The notes: a model not told the origin generated them from the sequence alone. DNA of 64,000 bases from Armatimonadota bacterium (GCA_039679675.1 JBDKUN010000056.1:64001-128000), one strand, 5' to 3'; counted from the first letter of the stretch, positions 20,504-30,873 are shown. Translations and numbers: made by a program.

Positions 20504-22696
20504 TCACTCGCTGACCGGCAGGACCTTTAAATGAAGCACATACTCACCCAGACGCGATGTTGTAATCTTTACTTCGGCGTCTCCAGCAAACTCTGCGGAT
20601 TTTACAAAAAGCGCTCCCTGTCCGCCTTGGGTGATAAACGGGTTCGTTCCTATGACGCTGACCGGCCCATTGGTTGTGATAGTAACGATTTCGCTGATAT
20701 AGGGGAGAGGGTTATCATATTTATCCACTATCCTGAATTTCAGCCAGGTCATATCCTGCCCATCAGCGATCAGCTCGTTTGAGTCGAGCCATACATCGAG
20801 GCGCTTTGGCTGGGAATCACTGGCCATCATCTTTTTGATCACGCATTTCCCTGAAATGTATCCTTCAACCGCCAGGTCCTGCCAATATTCGCCCCACAAA
20901 AAACCCAGCCCCCTGATAACGAATGGTGGATGAGGCAGGCCGCCATATTCATCTGAAGACGGGGTAAACTCACCCCTAAGCTCATCTCCAATATATACTT
21001 TAATACTCTCGCAATTGCTGAAAACTACAATCGGATCTACTCCCCCAGCGGCTCTATCGCCAACAGTCCAGCCGGTTGCGATTTCGAGCACTACTTTATC
21101 TTTTGGATCGGCTTGGCTGGAATATCCATAAGCCGCCCATTTAGGAAGCCTGAAGATATCGGATACTCCGTGGTAGCAAATTCTATCCCCCGAACCGAAA
21201 GATGCATGAGTGTTGTAATCAAATGCGCACCAGCCTATAGCACCAGCAATACTGCTGTCCAACGATTGCTTCGATTGAATTTCTGCATGCCGCATTGCAT
21301 GTTCTAATTTGCGGTCTTCGCAGTCCCAGGTCTTCGTCGGGAACATGTGACCCATAAACTCGGAGATCATGTAGGGTATGTAAACCGGAGGATTAGGCGG
21401 ATCTACAAAATCATTATAAGTAAAAACGTCTTCAAGGCACTCGCTATCTCTAATGCAACGTACTCCGCCGGTCTGCCTGGTAGGATCAAGTTTATGGGCG
21501 AGTGCATTGGTCTCGGTATAGAAATCATGATCATCCTGAGACTCGTTGATCCTGACTCCCCATAAAATAATCGATGGGCGGTTTCTGTCTCGCTTAATCA
21601 TTGCAGTTAGGTCAGCTTTAGAGACTTCTTTCCACGCACTGTCCCCGATGTGTTGCCAGCCTGGTAACTCTTCGAATACGAGAAGCCCTATCTCGTCGCA
21701 TCTATCAAGAAAATGAGGTGATTGCGGGCAGTGGGACGTTCGCATCAGATTGAGTGCCAGATCGTATTTCAGAATGTCTGCATCCTGCACTTGAAGCCTT
21801 TTCGGAGCTGCCTGCCCAATAAATGGATAAGCCTGGCTTCTATTTAACCCCCTAAGCTTGAGTGCTTTACCGTTCAGCCTGAATGCTCCATCCTTGCAAA
21901 ACTCAACCTTACGGAAGCCGAACTTGAAACTGTAACTATCCAGCACTTCCTCATCAGCACTGAAAAGTTTAACTTCTACCCGATAAAGATATGGAGATTC
22001 AATCGACCAGAGATTGATATCAGCGAGATCATTAAGAGAAATCAAGCAATCGCCCGCATCTGCTTCGCAAGTCGCAGATGCAATCTCTCTGCCCGAAAGC
22101 TCACTCAAAGAGATGCTTACGGTCTGCCCGGCTGCAGGATTATCGATCGAAATATTCGCAGACAATTTAGGAGAAGTGAGCACATCGACTCCCCACGCGA
22201 AAACATCGCTGATGAAAGACTTGGCGCATACTCTTAAGTAAACATCGCGATAGATGCCGCCGAATGTGAGGTAGTCCACCATGTAACCAAATGGAGGTAT
22301 ATCCGGTCTTTCATTCGAATCGACTTGCACGGCTATAAGTGCTTCAGTTCCCGGTTCTACCAGCCCCGTAAGCTCAACAGAGAATGGAATGTATCCGCCC
22401 TTGTGCTCATCGGCTGCCTTTACACCGTTCACGTAAACGGTGCAGGCAGTCATTACACCATCGAAGTCAAGAAAGACCCTTTTATCTACTGCTCGGAGAG
22501 GCACTGCTACCTTTTTCCTATACCAGGAAACAATCTGGTATTCCTTATCATCGAACCCGTTATGAGGAAAGAGTTTGTTCGTATGAGGAAGACAGATTTT
22601 CTCCCATGTCTTGTCGTCAAACTCGACCTTTTCACTTCCACTTATATCATCGGGGCGATAGCGCCATCCGCGGTTAATATTTTCTCGCCAAGCCAA
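20504..22696 (-). CDS. Glycoside hydrolase family 2 (beta-galactosidase-like)
   Basis: FGGIYRDV, FGFRK, RTSH.P, WGVRINES acid/base, SEFMGH, GWCAFDY. Confidence 0.92.
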   Translation of the reverse strand: MAWRENINRGWRYRPDDISGSEKVEFDDKTWEKICLPHTNKLFPHNGFDDKEYQIVSWYRKKVAVPLRAVDKRVFLDFDGVMTACTVYVNGVKAADEHKGGYIPFSVELTGLVEPGTEALIAVQVDSNERPDIPPFGYMVDYLTFGGIYRDVYLRVCAKSFISDVFAWGVDVLTSPKLSANISIDNPAAGQTVSISLSELSGREIASATCEADAGDCLISLNDLADINLWSIESPYLYRVEVKLFSADEEVLDSYSFKFGFRKVEFCKDGAFRLNGKALKLRGLNRSQAYPFIGQAAPKRLQVQDADILKYDLALNLMRTSHCPQSPHFLDRCDEIGLLVFEELPGWQHIGDSAWKEVSKADLTAMIKRDRNRPSIILWGVRINESQDDHDFYTETNALAHKLDPTRQTGGVRCIRDSECLEDVFTYNDFVDPPNPPVYIPYMISEFMGHMFPTKTWDCEDRKLEHAMRHAEIQSKQSLDSSIAGAIGWCAFDYNTHASFGSGDRICYHGVSDIFRLPKWAAYGYSSQADPKDKVVLEIATGWTVGDRAAGGVDPIVVFSNCESIKVYIGDELRGEFTPSSDEYGGLPHPPFVIRGLGFLWGEYWQDLAVEGYISGKCVIKKMMASDSQPKRLDVWLDSNELIADGQDMTWLKFRIVDKYDNPLPYISEIVTITTNGPVSVIGTNPFITQGGQGALFVKSAEFAGDAEVKITTSRLGEYVLHLKVLPVSE

Positions 22697-22978
22697 TCGT
22701 TTACTCCTGTTACCCGTATGTATAATGCCCCGGTTGTCTGGACACGGTTTTGCATTACGCCGCTATTGGTTGTAAACGCTCATTTTCGTAGCGCTGCCGG
22801 GCTTCAAACGGTGTCATGAAGCCCGGCTTTCAAATTGTCTCAGAACTCTAGCACAGCCCGCCTGACCTCGTCAAGATATTTGAAGACTCTGCCGTAAATA
22901 ACCTACGCTTTTAAAGCGGTGTGCACTTTTTGCACCGAAAAAGATGCAGGAAGATTCGTGGCAGATGTGGAAAGGGTA

Positions 22979-23235
22979 CATGTTCGGTAGATGTGGTGGC
23001 CTATGAGGCTGCGACTCGGCGCTTGGGATGAGGAGATGCGGGACTATCCTCTTGGCGGAAGCCTCCCCCGACTCTCCATCGTTTGAGGCGTCGAAGATCA
23101 GTATCAAGAGAGGGCCCATTTTGGGCCTGCGGGCTAGACCACGAGCCCCATCTCCTCTTAAAGATGGGACGCCGGATGTGAGCCGGGCCCGGGAGACGTT
23201 CGGGGTAACTTCGAGTCTTTCGCGCCGGGCTCTTT
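22979..23235 (+). ncRNA. Candidate structured ncRNA (6S RNA-like rod or rluD leader) with terminator
   Basis: Nested long-range pairings found by eye and a final GC hairpin plus TCTTTATT; no credible ORF. Confidence 0.45.
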
Positions 23236-23251
23236 ATTGTACCAGACCCTT

Positions 23252-24229
23252 ATGGAATCCCGAATAGAGATAATTACAGTTGAAGACGGAGCAGGCGAAC
23301 GCATCGATGCGTTCATAGCCGCAAGAATACCGGGGCTCACCCGGTCTGCGGTCGGCCGTCTCATAGATGAAGAACTGGTTACTATCGGCGGCGTGCTGGT
23401 AAAGGCCAAGCACAAGGTCAAAACAGGCGATGAGATAACTGTAGAAATCCCGCCGCCCGCGCCGACGGACATCAAGGCGGAGAAAATCCCGCTTGATGTG
23501 GTCTACGAGGACTCCGACATTATCGTCGTGAACAAACCCAAGGGTATGACGACCCACCCAGCCCCAGGTTCTCCCGCAGGAACGCTCGTCAACGCGCTCC
23601 TTGCCCGCGATACCGGTCTTTCGGCTGTCGGCGGAGTCCAGCGCCCCGGAATAGTCCACCGGCTGGACAAGGACACATCCGGTCTGATAGTCGTTGCAAA
23701 AAACGATGCAGCTCATGTGAGCCTTCAGTTCCAGATTCAGAAAAAAACGGCGGCCAGGAGATATATCGCGCTAGTCTGGGGCGACACGAAGTTCGAAAAG
23801 GCGGTAGTAGACGCGCCTATAGGACGCCATCCGAGTGATAGAAAGAAGATGGCGGTCGTCACGAACGGCCAGGCAAGACCTGCTGTGACGGACCTCAGGG
23901 TGATGGAACGGCTTTCCGGGTTTACTCTTCTTGAAGCCTCGCTTCGGACCGGAAGGACGCACCAGATAAGGGTCCACTGCGCGTATATCGGCCACCCCGT
24001 GGTGGGCGACTCCGTCTACTGCGGCAGAAGACATTCTCCCAGCAGGTTCGGGCCAAAAGGCAGGCTGGAATTCGAAAAATTGGTCGAAGCGCTTAAGGGG
24101 CAGGCGCTCCATGCATACAAGCTTTCGTTCAGCCACCCGCGCACCGGGGAACTTATGTCGTTCGAGACCCCTATCCCTAAAGATATGGCCGTGCTGATCG
24201 ACTGGCTGAGAGCGCGGACTGGAACATAA
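23252..24229 (+). CDS. rluD: RluA/RluD-family 23S rRNA pseudouridine synthase
   Basis: S4 domain, VNKPKG, HRLDKDTSG, TGRTHQIRVH, QALHA. Confidence 0.9.
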   Translation: MESRIEIITVEDGAGERIDAFIAARIPGLTRSAVGRLIDEELVTIGGVLVKAKHKVKTGDEITVEIPPPAPTDIKAEKIPLDVVYEDSDIIVVNKPKGMTTHPAPGSPAGTLVNALLARDTGLSAVGGVQRPGIVHRLDKDTSGLIVVAKNDAAHVSLQFQIQKKTAARRYIALVWGDTKFEKAVVDAPIGRHPSDRKKMAVVTNGQARPAVTDLRVMERLSGFTLLEASLRTGRTHQIRVHCAYIGHPVVGDSVYCGRRHSPSRFGPKGRLEFEKLVEALKGQALHAYKLSFSHPRTGELMSFETPIPKDMAVLIDWLRARTGT

Positions 24230-24350
24230 ATAGGATGTCATTCTGACTTTGATTCAGGGCCCATTTTTCTCTTGACACGTACGCCAAGCTCAACTAGCAT
24301 GAACTGGCAGGTGCTTGTTCAAAAGTGTTTTCCTGTGAGGGATTCCCACT

Positions 24351-24695
24351 ATGGCTCGAAAAAAAAGCCCCGCTCCCGGAGAGCGGCGTAGAAGGCGAAA
24401 ATCAACGGTTTTGCAGAAGGTGATTTGCTGTGTTTTAGCCGCAGCAACCGTCTTTTGCGCGTTTATCGTCATCCGTCAGGCAGTCCGTCCCATAACTCTT
24501 CTCTGTAAAGGCAAATCTGAGGTCCGCCAGATGGAGACCCAGTATGCTAAGGATAAGGCCGAAAACGCAGCACTTCTCAAGAAACGCCGCTACCTGCTCA
24601 CTCCGTCAGGCTCCGAAGCGGAAGCCCGCAAGCTCGGATACGTCCGTCCCGGCGAAGTTTCCGTAATAATAGAAGACAAAAAGGCTCCAAAATAG
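24351..24695 (+). CDS. Septum formation initiator (FtsB/DivIC family)
   Basis: TM helix, coiled coil, E.EARKLGYVRPGE. Confidence 0.75.
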   Translation: MARKKSPAPGERRRRRKSTVLQKVICCVLAAATVFCAFIVIRQAVRPITLLCKGKSEVRQMETQYAKDKAENAALLKKRRYLLTPSGSEAEARKLGYVRPGEVSVIIEDKKAPK

Positions 24696-24846
24696 CCTGC
24701 CGCCTCTGCTCTGCCTTGCATTTAGATATCAGGACCGATATTTTAAACAAATTGAGAAAAATTCACTTGACCTATAGCTCCTGGCGCGCTATATTGATCA
24801 GTAACGCAGGCAAGCGTTTTGTCATCAGGGATGGGAGACTTAAGGA

Positions 24847-25185
24847 GTGTTCGGTTCTGATTGCTCTGATATGTTCTTTACCTGCACGGTCAAGGATGGG
24901 ATGGTGCACGTAAGCGGCGAGGTGGATATGAACACAGCGCCTACGCTTTACGATGCCCTGGTCGTATGCGCGAAAGATACCGGATGCCTGCCCACTATAG
25001 ATCTCGGCGGTGTGACCTACTTCGATTCTTCTGGCGTTCAAGCCCTTGTCGATGCAAGAGTAATTGAAACAAACAGTAATGGTCCGGCGCGTATAGTGGG
25101 TGTCCGTCCTAATGTCATGCGCATAATGCGGCTCGTAGGTCTGGACCAGTTGTTCGACATCATTGGAGAGAACGAAAAGCTGTGA
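24847..25185 (+). CDS. STAS-domain anti-sigma factor antagonist
   Basis: SGEVDMNTAP, DLGGVTYFDSSG; TTGACC-17-TATATT promoter at 24767-24795. Confidence 0.88.
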   Translation: MFGSDCSDMFFTCTVKDGMVHVSGEVDMNTAPTLYDALVVCAKDTGCLPTIDLGGVTYFDSSGVQALVDARVIETNSNGPARIVGVRPNVMRIMRLVGLDQLFDIIGENEKL

Positions 25186-25203
25186 TCTCTCGCGGGTTGT
25201 AAT

Positions 25204-25770
25204 ATGAATGAAAAGACTGAGCGGGAGAAGATGCTTTCCGGGGAGCTGTACAACGCGAATGACCCGGAGCTTACCTCGGCCCGACGCAGGGCCAGAAGCC
25301 TGTACCGGCGGTTCAATGTGACCGATGGCGAAGGTGAGCGGCTTGCCATCCTTCTCGACCTCCTTGGCCGGATGGGCGCAGGCGTTTCGATAAATCCCCC
25401 TTTCTATGTTGACTACGGCTCGAATATTTACCTCGGCGGCCATGTATATATGAACCTTGGCTGCACCATACTTGATTGTGCGGAAGTCAGGATCGGCGAT
25501 AACGTTATGATCGGGCCGAACGTCCAAATCTATGCAGCTACTCACCCGGTTGAGGCTGTTTCCAGAATCGCTGGCCCGGAACTGGCGCGGCCGGTCGCGA
25601 TAGAGGAAAATGTCTGGATCGGCGGCGGGGCGATAATCTGCCCCGGAGTAACAATAGGCAGGAACACCACGATAGGTGCAGGCACTGTAGTGACGAAAAA
25701 CGTCCCGCCAAACGTAGTAGCCGCCGGTAATCCCGCCCGCGTGATCAGAACCCTCGGCGTTATTGCATGA
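25204..25770 (+). CDS. maa: Sugar (maltose) O-acetyltransferase
   Basis: EKMLSGELY, PFYVDYG, hexapeptide repeats, GNPARVIR. Confidence 0.9.
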   Translation: MNEKTEREKMLSGELYNANDPELTSARRRARSLYRRFNVTDGEGERLAILLDLLGRMGAGVSINPPFYVDYGSNIYLGGHVYMNLGCTILDCAEVRIGDNVMIGPNVQIYAATHPVEAVSRIAGPELARPVAIEENVWIGGGAIICPGVTIGRNTTIGAGTVVTKNVPPNVVAAGNPARVIRTLGVIA

Positions 25771-25890
25771 TTTTAGGGAACAGAAGGGCTTCTCTGCTCG
25801 TTTTCCATCATTTGATCGAAGTTCTTGAATTCACCTGATGAGTTATAATATATCGATTTAATCAAGTAGTCAGATTGCGAGGAAATTGTT

Positions 25891-26409
25891 TTGGTAAGTG
25901 AAGTTGAAATACGTCCGGCAAAAGAAGAAGACATGGCTGTTATTAACGAAATTTATAACCATGCTGTCAGGACGTCTACGGCGACATTTGAAACAGAAGA
26001 AAAAACCTATGAAGAACGGATGGAATGGTTCAGACGGCATGGCGGCCGTTATCCCGTCTTCGTCACCGTAGTAGATGGTAAGGTAGTCGGGTGGGGGTCT
26101 ATTTCCCCGTATAGTTCCACTCACAACGGCTGGAAGTTTACGGTCGAAAGCTCCATCTACGTCGACCCGAACTGCAAAGGGAGGGGGCTTGGGAAATTGC
26201 TCGCAGGGCACACCGTCAGTACTGCTCAAAAGCTCGGCCACCATGCGATAATTGCACAGGTTGTCGAAGACAATATTGCAAGCCTCAAGATGCTCGAAAG
26301 ACACGGGTTCGAGGCGGTCGGTGTTCTGAAGGACGCCGGTTACAAGTTCGACCAGTGGCTGAACGTAGTCCTGATGGAAAAACTGCTGCCGGTTGAAGAT
26401 AAAGGCTGA
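25891..26409 (+). CDS. GNAT N-acetyltransferase (phosphinothricin acetyltransferase-like)
   Basis: IYNHAV..STATFE, VESSIYV..GRGLG, G.KFDQWLNV. Confidence 0.88.
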   Translation: MVSEVEIRPAKEEDMAVINEIYNHAVRTSTATFETEEKTYEERMEWFRRHGGRYPVFVTVVDGKVVGWGSISPYSSTHNGWKFTVESSIYVDPNCKGRGLGKLLAGHTVSTAQKLGHHAIIAQVVEDNIASLKMLERHGFEAVGVLKDAGYKFDQWLNVVLMEKLLPVEDKG

Positions 26410-26488
26410 TAGCCTGAAGGCTATGGGTAAGGATCTACAGGTAGGTTTTCGGTAGTATAGCTATAAATATGTAAGAGAGGAAAAGCCA

Positions 26489-27799
26489 ATGAAGGAATTC
26501 TTCCCAGCCATACGAAAGATCGAGTTTGAAGGGCCTGATTCAAAGAGCCCGCTCGCATTCAAGCACTATAACGCCGCAGAGATGGTCCTCGGAAAGCCGA
26601 TGTCCGAGCATCTCAGGTTTGCTGCAGCCTACTGGCACACATTTAAAGCAGCCGGTGACGATCCGTTCGGCGAAGGCACGCGAATCAGGCCGTGGAACAG
26701 CTCGACCGACCCTATGGAAGCCGCGGAGACGACGCTCAGGGCGGCGTTCGAGTTTTTCACCAAGCTTGGGGTAGGGTTCTGGTGCTTCCACGACAGGGAC
26801 ATCGCCCCGGAAGCCGATGATCTCGCCGAAACGAACAGGCGGCTGGACAGAGTCGTCGATCTTGCGGAGAAACTGCAGAATGATACCGGCGTCAGGCTCC
26901 TCTGGGGGACCGCGAACGCTTTTACCCGCAGGCGGTTTATGGCCGGAGCCTCCACTAACCCATCGCCTGAAGTCTTTGCCTATGCTGCAGGCCAGGTAAA
27001 GAAGGCGATGGAAGTAACAAAGCGGCTGAACGGCGCTGGATATGTCTTCTGGGGCGGGCGCGAAGGCTATGAGACGCTGCTTAATACGGATATGAAGCGG
27101 GAACTGGAGCACCTCGCTATATTCCTCAGGATGGCCGCAGATTATAAGAAAAAGATCGGGTTTGAGGGGCAGCTATACATCGAACCGAAGCCCAAGGAAC
27201 CGACGAAACATCAGTATGACTTCGATTCCGCCACAGTTTATGGTTTTTTACTGAAAAATGGGCTCGATAAGGATTTCAAGATCAATGTCGAGGCAAACCA
27301 TGCAACACTTGCCGGACATACGTTCCACCATGAGCTTGAATTCTGTGCGGCGAACGGAATACTCGGTTCCGTCGATGCGAACCGGGGCGATGAGCAGCTC
27401 GGCTGGGACACGGACCAGTTCCCCACGAATATCTACGATACGACGCTTGCAATGCACACGATCCTTCGCTGCGGAGGGTTCACCACAGGCGGGCTGAACT
27501 TCGATGCGAAGGTCCGCAGGCAGTCTATAGACCCGGAAGACCTGTTCCATGCCCACATCGGCGCAATGGACGCATTTGCGCGGGGATTGAAAAACGCCGC
27601 GAGGATCATAGAAGATGGTCGGCTCGAGGAAATAGTGAAAGAACGCTACTCCGGCTGGGACGCCGGTATCGGTTCAGAGATCGAGAGCCGCGAGGTAGGG
27701 TTCGAAGAGCTTGAATCCTATACGCTGAAACATGGTGAACCACAAATCCTGAGCGGCCACCAGGAAATGATCGAGAACATACTAAACGAATACGTCTGA
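26489..27799 (+). CDS. xylA: Xylose isomerase
   Basis: YWHTF, FHDRDIAPE, WGGREGY, IEPKPKEPTKHQYD, WDTDQF, NFDAK. Confidence 0.98.
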   Translation: MKEFFPAIRKIEFEGPDSKSPLAFKHYNAAEMVLGKPMSEHLRFAAAYWHTFKAAGDDPFGEGTRIRPWNSSTDPMEAAETTLRAAFEFFTKLGVGFWCFHDRDIAPEADDLAETNRRLDRVVDLAEKLQNDTGVRLLWGTANAFTRRRFMAGASTNPSPEVFAYAAGQVKKAMEVTKRLNGAGYVFWGGREGYETLLNTDMKRELEHLAIFLRMAADYKKKIGFEGQLYIEPKPKEPTKHQYDFDSATVYGFLLKNGLDKDFKINVEANHATLAGHTFHHELEFCAANGILGSVDANRGDEQLGWDTDQFPTNIYDTTLAMHTILRCGGFTTGGLNFDAKVRRQSIDPEDLFHAHIGAMDAFARGLKNAARIIEDGRLEEIVKERYSGWDAGIGSEIESREVGFEELESYTLKHGEPQILSGHQEMIENILNEYV

Positions 27800-27951
27800 C
27801 AGCATATAATATGCCTGCAAATCAAGGTTTCAGGTGCGGCCTGCACCTGAAACTCCCCTGAATGATTTTAGTATTAGCCCAAAAACTGCAAACAACCACA
27901 AGTAAATCGCCCCGTGTGTTTAGTATAATCAATAAAATAGTAAAATAGTAG

Positions 27952-27980
27952 TTGACAAGCAGTCTTACACATGGTATATA
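27952..27980 (+). promoter_or_regulatory. Promoter of array gene 1
   Basis: TTGACA-N14-TGG-TATATA; same layout in front of all four paralogs. Confidence 0.65.
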
Positions 27981-28116
27981 GGCATATATGGCATAAACAC
28001 CAGCTACTAATATTTCACTGATACACCCAAACTGCAAAGTATATGATGATATATTGACGCTTAAATATGCAATCGATTGCATACATGAAGGTGTATAGTG
28101 GTGTCTATGTTCCAGA

Positions 28117-28197
28117 TATTCCGTAAGACGTAGTGGCCGGACGGAATAACAGCCTGAGGTTGACCGTAACCGGTCAATGGAAGAGGCAACCTCAGGT
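28117..28197 (+). ncRNA. Conserved structured leader RNA, copy 1 (unrecognised motif)
   Basis: P1 TATTCCGT/ACGGAATA with loop ending TAGTGGCCGG; P2 GCCTGAGGTTG/CAACCTCAGGT enclosing ACCGTAAC...GAAGAGG. Confidence 0.8.
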
Positions 28198-28343
28198 ACA
28201 TTTTGGTATGGATCAGCTTCATACCATGAATATCCCGGCTGTATTACAGCCGGAAGTCTTGCGGAGAGTTGCAGGTGTGAGTCACACCCGTAATTCTTTA
28301 ATTGAAGTATCTTCACGTGTATTAAAAGAGGAGGCGAAAGGAA

Positions 28344-30614
28344 ATGCATAGAAACCTACGTACAACATCAGCTTATAAGCTGACGCTCATGGCTGCAGTG
28401 CTGGCCCTTGTTTTCTGTGTGGGGTTAGCATCTTATGCGTCAACAGTTTCAGGAACCGTAACACGAGGCGGTGTTCCGTGTCCTAATGCTCGTGTAGTTC
28501 TCACTCAGGATGGTACGCCTACGGCGGCGGTTCTGACAGACGCTAACGGCAACTACATTTTCTCCAGTGTCGCACTGGGGTCATACACTCTTACATTCAA
28601 CGCGATCAATGCAGTCCCTGTGATAGGCGACAATTCGTTCGATGTGACTGGGCTTGATGATGAGCATGTGACTGTGGATATGAACCTGACATACGGCTGC
28701 ACACCCCTCTATGACGACTTCTCAGGCGCCCAGGTCGATATGTATGATGCATTAACCAACCCGACAGGCAAATGGGAGTATTTAAACGCCGTACCTGACG
28801 CTACTTCACTAGACGTCACAGCCGTCTCTACAGAAAACGGCATGCTGAATATTGCACCCCAGCCGGTAAGAGGGGGAATCATAAGCACGACTGCATTCCC
28901 GAAATATGGCTCGTATGAGTGTGTGCTGCCTCGGCACTGGACCGGGCAAAGCTATTCGGTGGCCAACCAGTGCTTTTGCTTGACAAAAGACAAGGACTCA
29001 TGGGGATCGTCCATCGATCTGCAGGACCAGGGTAGTTCAACTGCATATCCTACCATGAACTGCTGGTCCAATGGCACCAAGTTCTGGCAGGGTTCGCCGT
29101 GTCTCTACCCGGCCAAGGTCACGGTACTTAGGACGGGCAAATACTTAGACGTCTTCGTTAACAATGTCTGGATATCAAGCTACACCAGCGATACGGTCGC
29201 TGATACGGCTTACATTTACCTGTACGGATATGAAAAAGAAACCTCAACTACTAAAACAATTGCTTATTTCGACGATATAAAAGCAGGCGCCACGGTGCCT
29301 GTGACATTGAACACTGTTGCCGAGGCCAGGGCAGCCGCAGCCGATGCGTCTGTCACCATAAGCAACGTCGTAGTAACGGCAAGTTTTGCCAATGCCTTCT
29401 GGGTAGAAAATACCGACCGGTCTTCCGGCATCAAGGTCATCTCGACAGCCAAGCCTGCAGTAGGCCAGAAAGCGACAATCTCCGGTAAGATAGTAAAACA
29501 GAACAATGAAGTCGCGCTTCAGGCGACGGATATTCTCAAGGGCGGCAGTTTCACGGTTCCGGCTGTAGCAGTAACGGGTAAGGTATCAAAGGAGCTTGAC
29601 AAGGCCGGAGCTTCTGCACAGGGGCTTTTTGTGAAAGTAGCAGGTAAAGTAAGCGAAACGCCGGACAACGACGGAACTTACATCACAGGTTACTATCTTG
29701 ACGATGGAAGCGGTATTGCGGTAGGAACCCACAAGGGGCTCTATGTTAAGCTGGCTGACTCCGTAAAACTGCCTGTCGGTATGATAAACACAGGCGATTT
29801 TCTTACAAGAACAGGCCCTCTGACCGTGTTTATGGCCGACAGCACAACTCCTGTTCCGTCCGTAATAACAACAGAGTGGATGGATTACAACAGCCCAGCC
29901 ACATTCACAGCGTATAACGATGTAGCATATATCCCTGGTTATTATCCTAGTGATGCTCTGACCAAGATTACCAACTACAGTTTCATGGCGGATTCTGCTA
30001 ATGGTTTTGTACAAGTTGTGCCTAGTGGGCTCCTCAGAGACTATGCTACTGGCAATTACGTTTCAGAGAGGGCAACTATCTCAGCTTACAATATGGCCAC
30101 TCTTGGATATGCGGGTGGAGATATTGCAGTGGGCTCGGATGCCGAAAAATACTTCGCGGATACAACCGATCCATTAAATACAAAATGGATAGTGAACTTT
30201 GTAGGAGCCCCATATGCCGCAAGTTCGGGCTGGTGGATGGATGTAACCCTCGAAGGACTCGACCCCAATGCGATGTATGAGTTCGTAGGAACGGTGAATA
30301 GAAATGAATCCATAAGCAATCCTTGCGTTACGAGATTCACCATTCTAGATTGTGTTGACCGCACCTATGGATGTTCAGACGGTGCTACTAAGGTAGATGA
30401 CAGCACTGTCACATTTAATACCAGCGCCAACGGTGTCGGCTATGTGGCTAGATGGTTCAACATCAAGCCGTCCGCAAATGGCACATTCAGAGTAAGATCG
30501 AATTATGTTTCCGGTAATTATAGTAAAGCTTATGCCATCGGCGGCTTCCGGCTCAGGAAGCAGGCTGGTACTGAGGAAACACCGCCGGGTGGTGGTATAC
30601 TGCTACCACTATAA
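28344..30614 (+). CDS. Secreted multidomain protein, array paralog 1 (carboxypeptidase-regulatory-like domain, lectin-like domain, conserved OB-like module)
   Basis: Signal peptide, VSGTVT..VPCPNARV..TDANGNY, PLYDDFSG, WVENTDRSSGIKV, YLDDGSG; GAGGAGG RBS. Confidence 0.85.
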   Translation: MHRNLRTTSAYKLTLMAAVLALVFCVGLASYASTVSGTVTRGGVPCPNARVVLTQDGTPTAAVLTDANGNYIFSSVALGSYTLTFNAINAVPVIGDNSFDVTGLDDEHVTVDMNLTYGCTPLYDDFSGAQVDMYDALTNPTGKWEYLNAVPDATSLDVTAVSTENGMLNIAPQPVRGGIISTTAFPKYGSYECVLPRHWTGQSYSVANQCFCLTKDKDSWGSSIDLQDQGSSTAYPTMNCWSNGTKFWQGSPCLYPAKVTVLRTGKYLDVFVNNVWISSYTSDTVADTAYIYLYGYEKETSTTKTIAYFDDIKAGATVPVTLNTVAEARAAAADASVTISNVVVTASFANAFWVENTDRSSGIKVISTAKPAVGQKATISGKIVKQNNEVALQATDILKGGSFTVPAVAVTGKVSKELDKAGASAQGLFVKVAGKVSETPDNDGTYITGYYLDDGSGIAVGTHKGLYVKLADSVKLPVGMINTGDFLTRTGPLTVFMADSTTPVPSVITTEWMDYNSPATFTAYNDVAYIPGYYPSDALTKITNYSFMADSANGFVQVVPSGLLRDYATGNYVSERATISAYNMATLGYAGGDIAVGSDAEKYFADTTDPLNTKWIVNFVGAPYAASSGWWMDVTLEGLDPNAMYEFVGTVNRNESISNPCVTRFTILDCVDRTYGCSDGATKVDDSTVTFNTSANGVGYVARWFNIKPSANGTFRVRSNYVSGNYSKAYAIGGFRLRKQAGTEETPPGGGILLPL

Positions 30615-30647
30615 GTATTAGCAATCTCGATTGTTATATAACGTAAC

Positions 30648-30682
30648 AAAAGCCCCCGGAAAGCTGTTTTCGGGGGCTTTTT
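30648..30682 (+). terminator. Intrinsic terminator after paralog 1
   Basis: AAAAGCCCCCGGAAA-loop-TTTCGGGGGCTTTTT. Confidence 0.9.
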
Positions 30683-30873
30683 GTAATTGACACATGAATA
30701 TAAATATATCTAAAGAGTTTCGAGTAATTATGCTACAAGTCCCCCCATACTACTGAGAGAACTCCGATCGAGAATAGAGCCTTGATTCTTAAGATCATCT
30801 GCCAAAACTCAATAAACGAGATTATGCCAGCCTATGGTGTTTAATATATTCCTACAAAATAGTAAAAAAGTAC

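Noticed and set aside
22796..22830. 11-bp inverted repeat GCCGGGCTTCA/TGAAGCCCGGC as a mobile-element end
   Set aside because: Single local hairpin with no partner end or transposase; likely a terminator-like structure.
28150..28197. Leader motif as a TPP (CUGAG) or glycine (CUCAGG) riboswitch
   Set aside because: Those words are stem strands that vanish in copy 4, and the other consensus blocks of these classes are missing.
28133..28351. 72-aa ORF (and the 39-aa N-terminal extension at 30986) as a conserved leader peptide
   Set aside because: The frame relative to the CDS differs between copies 1 and 2, indels shift it in copies 3 and 4, and there is no RBS; conservation follows RNA structure rather than codons.
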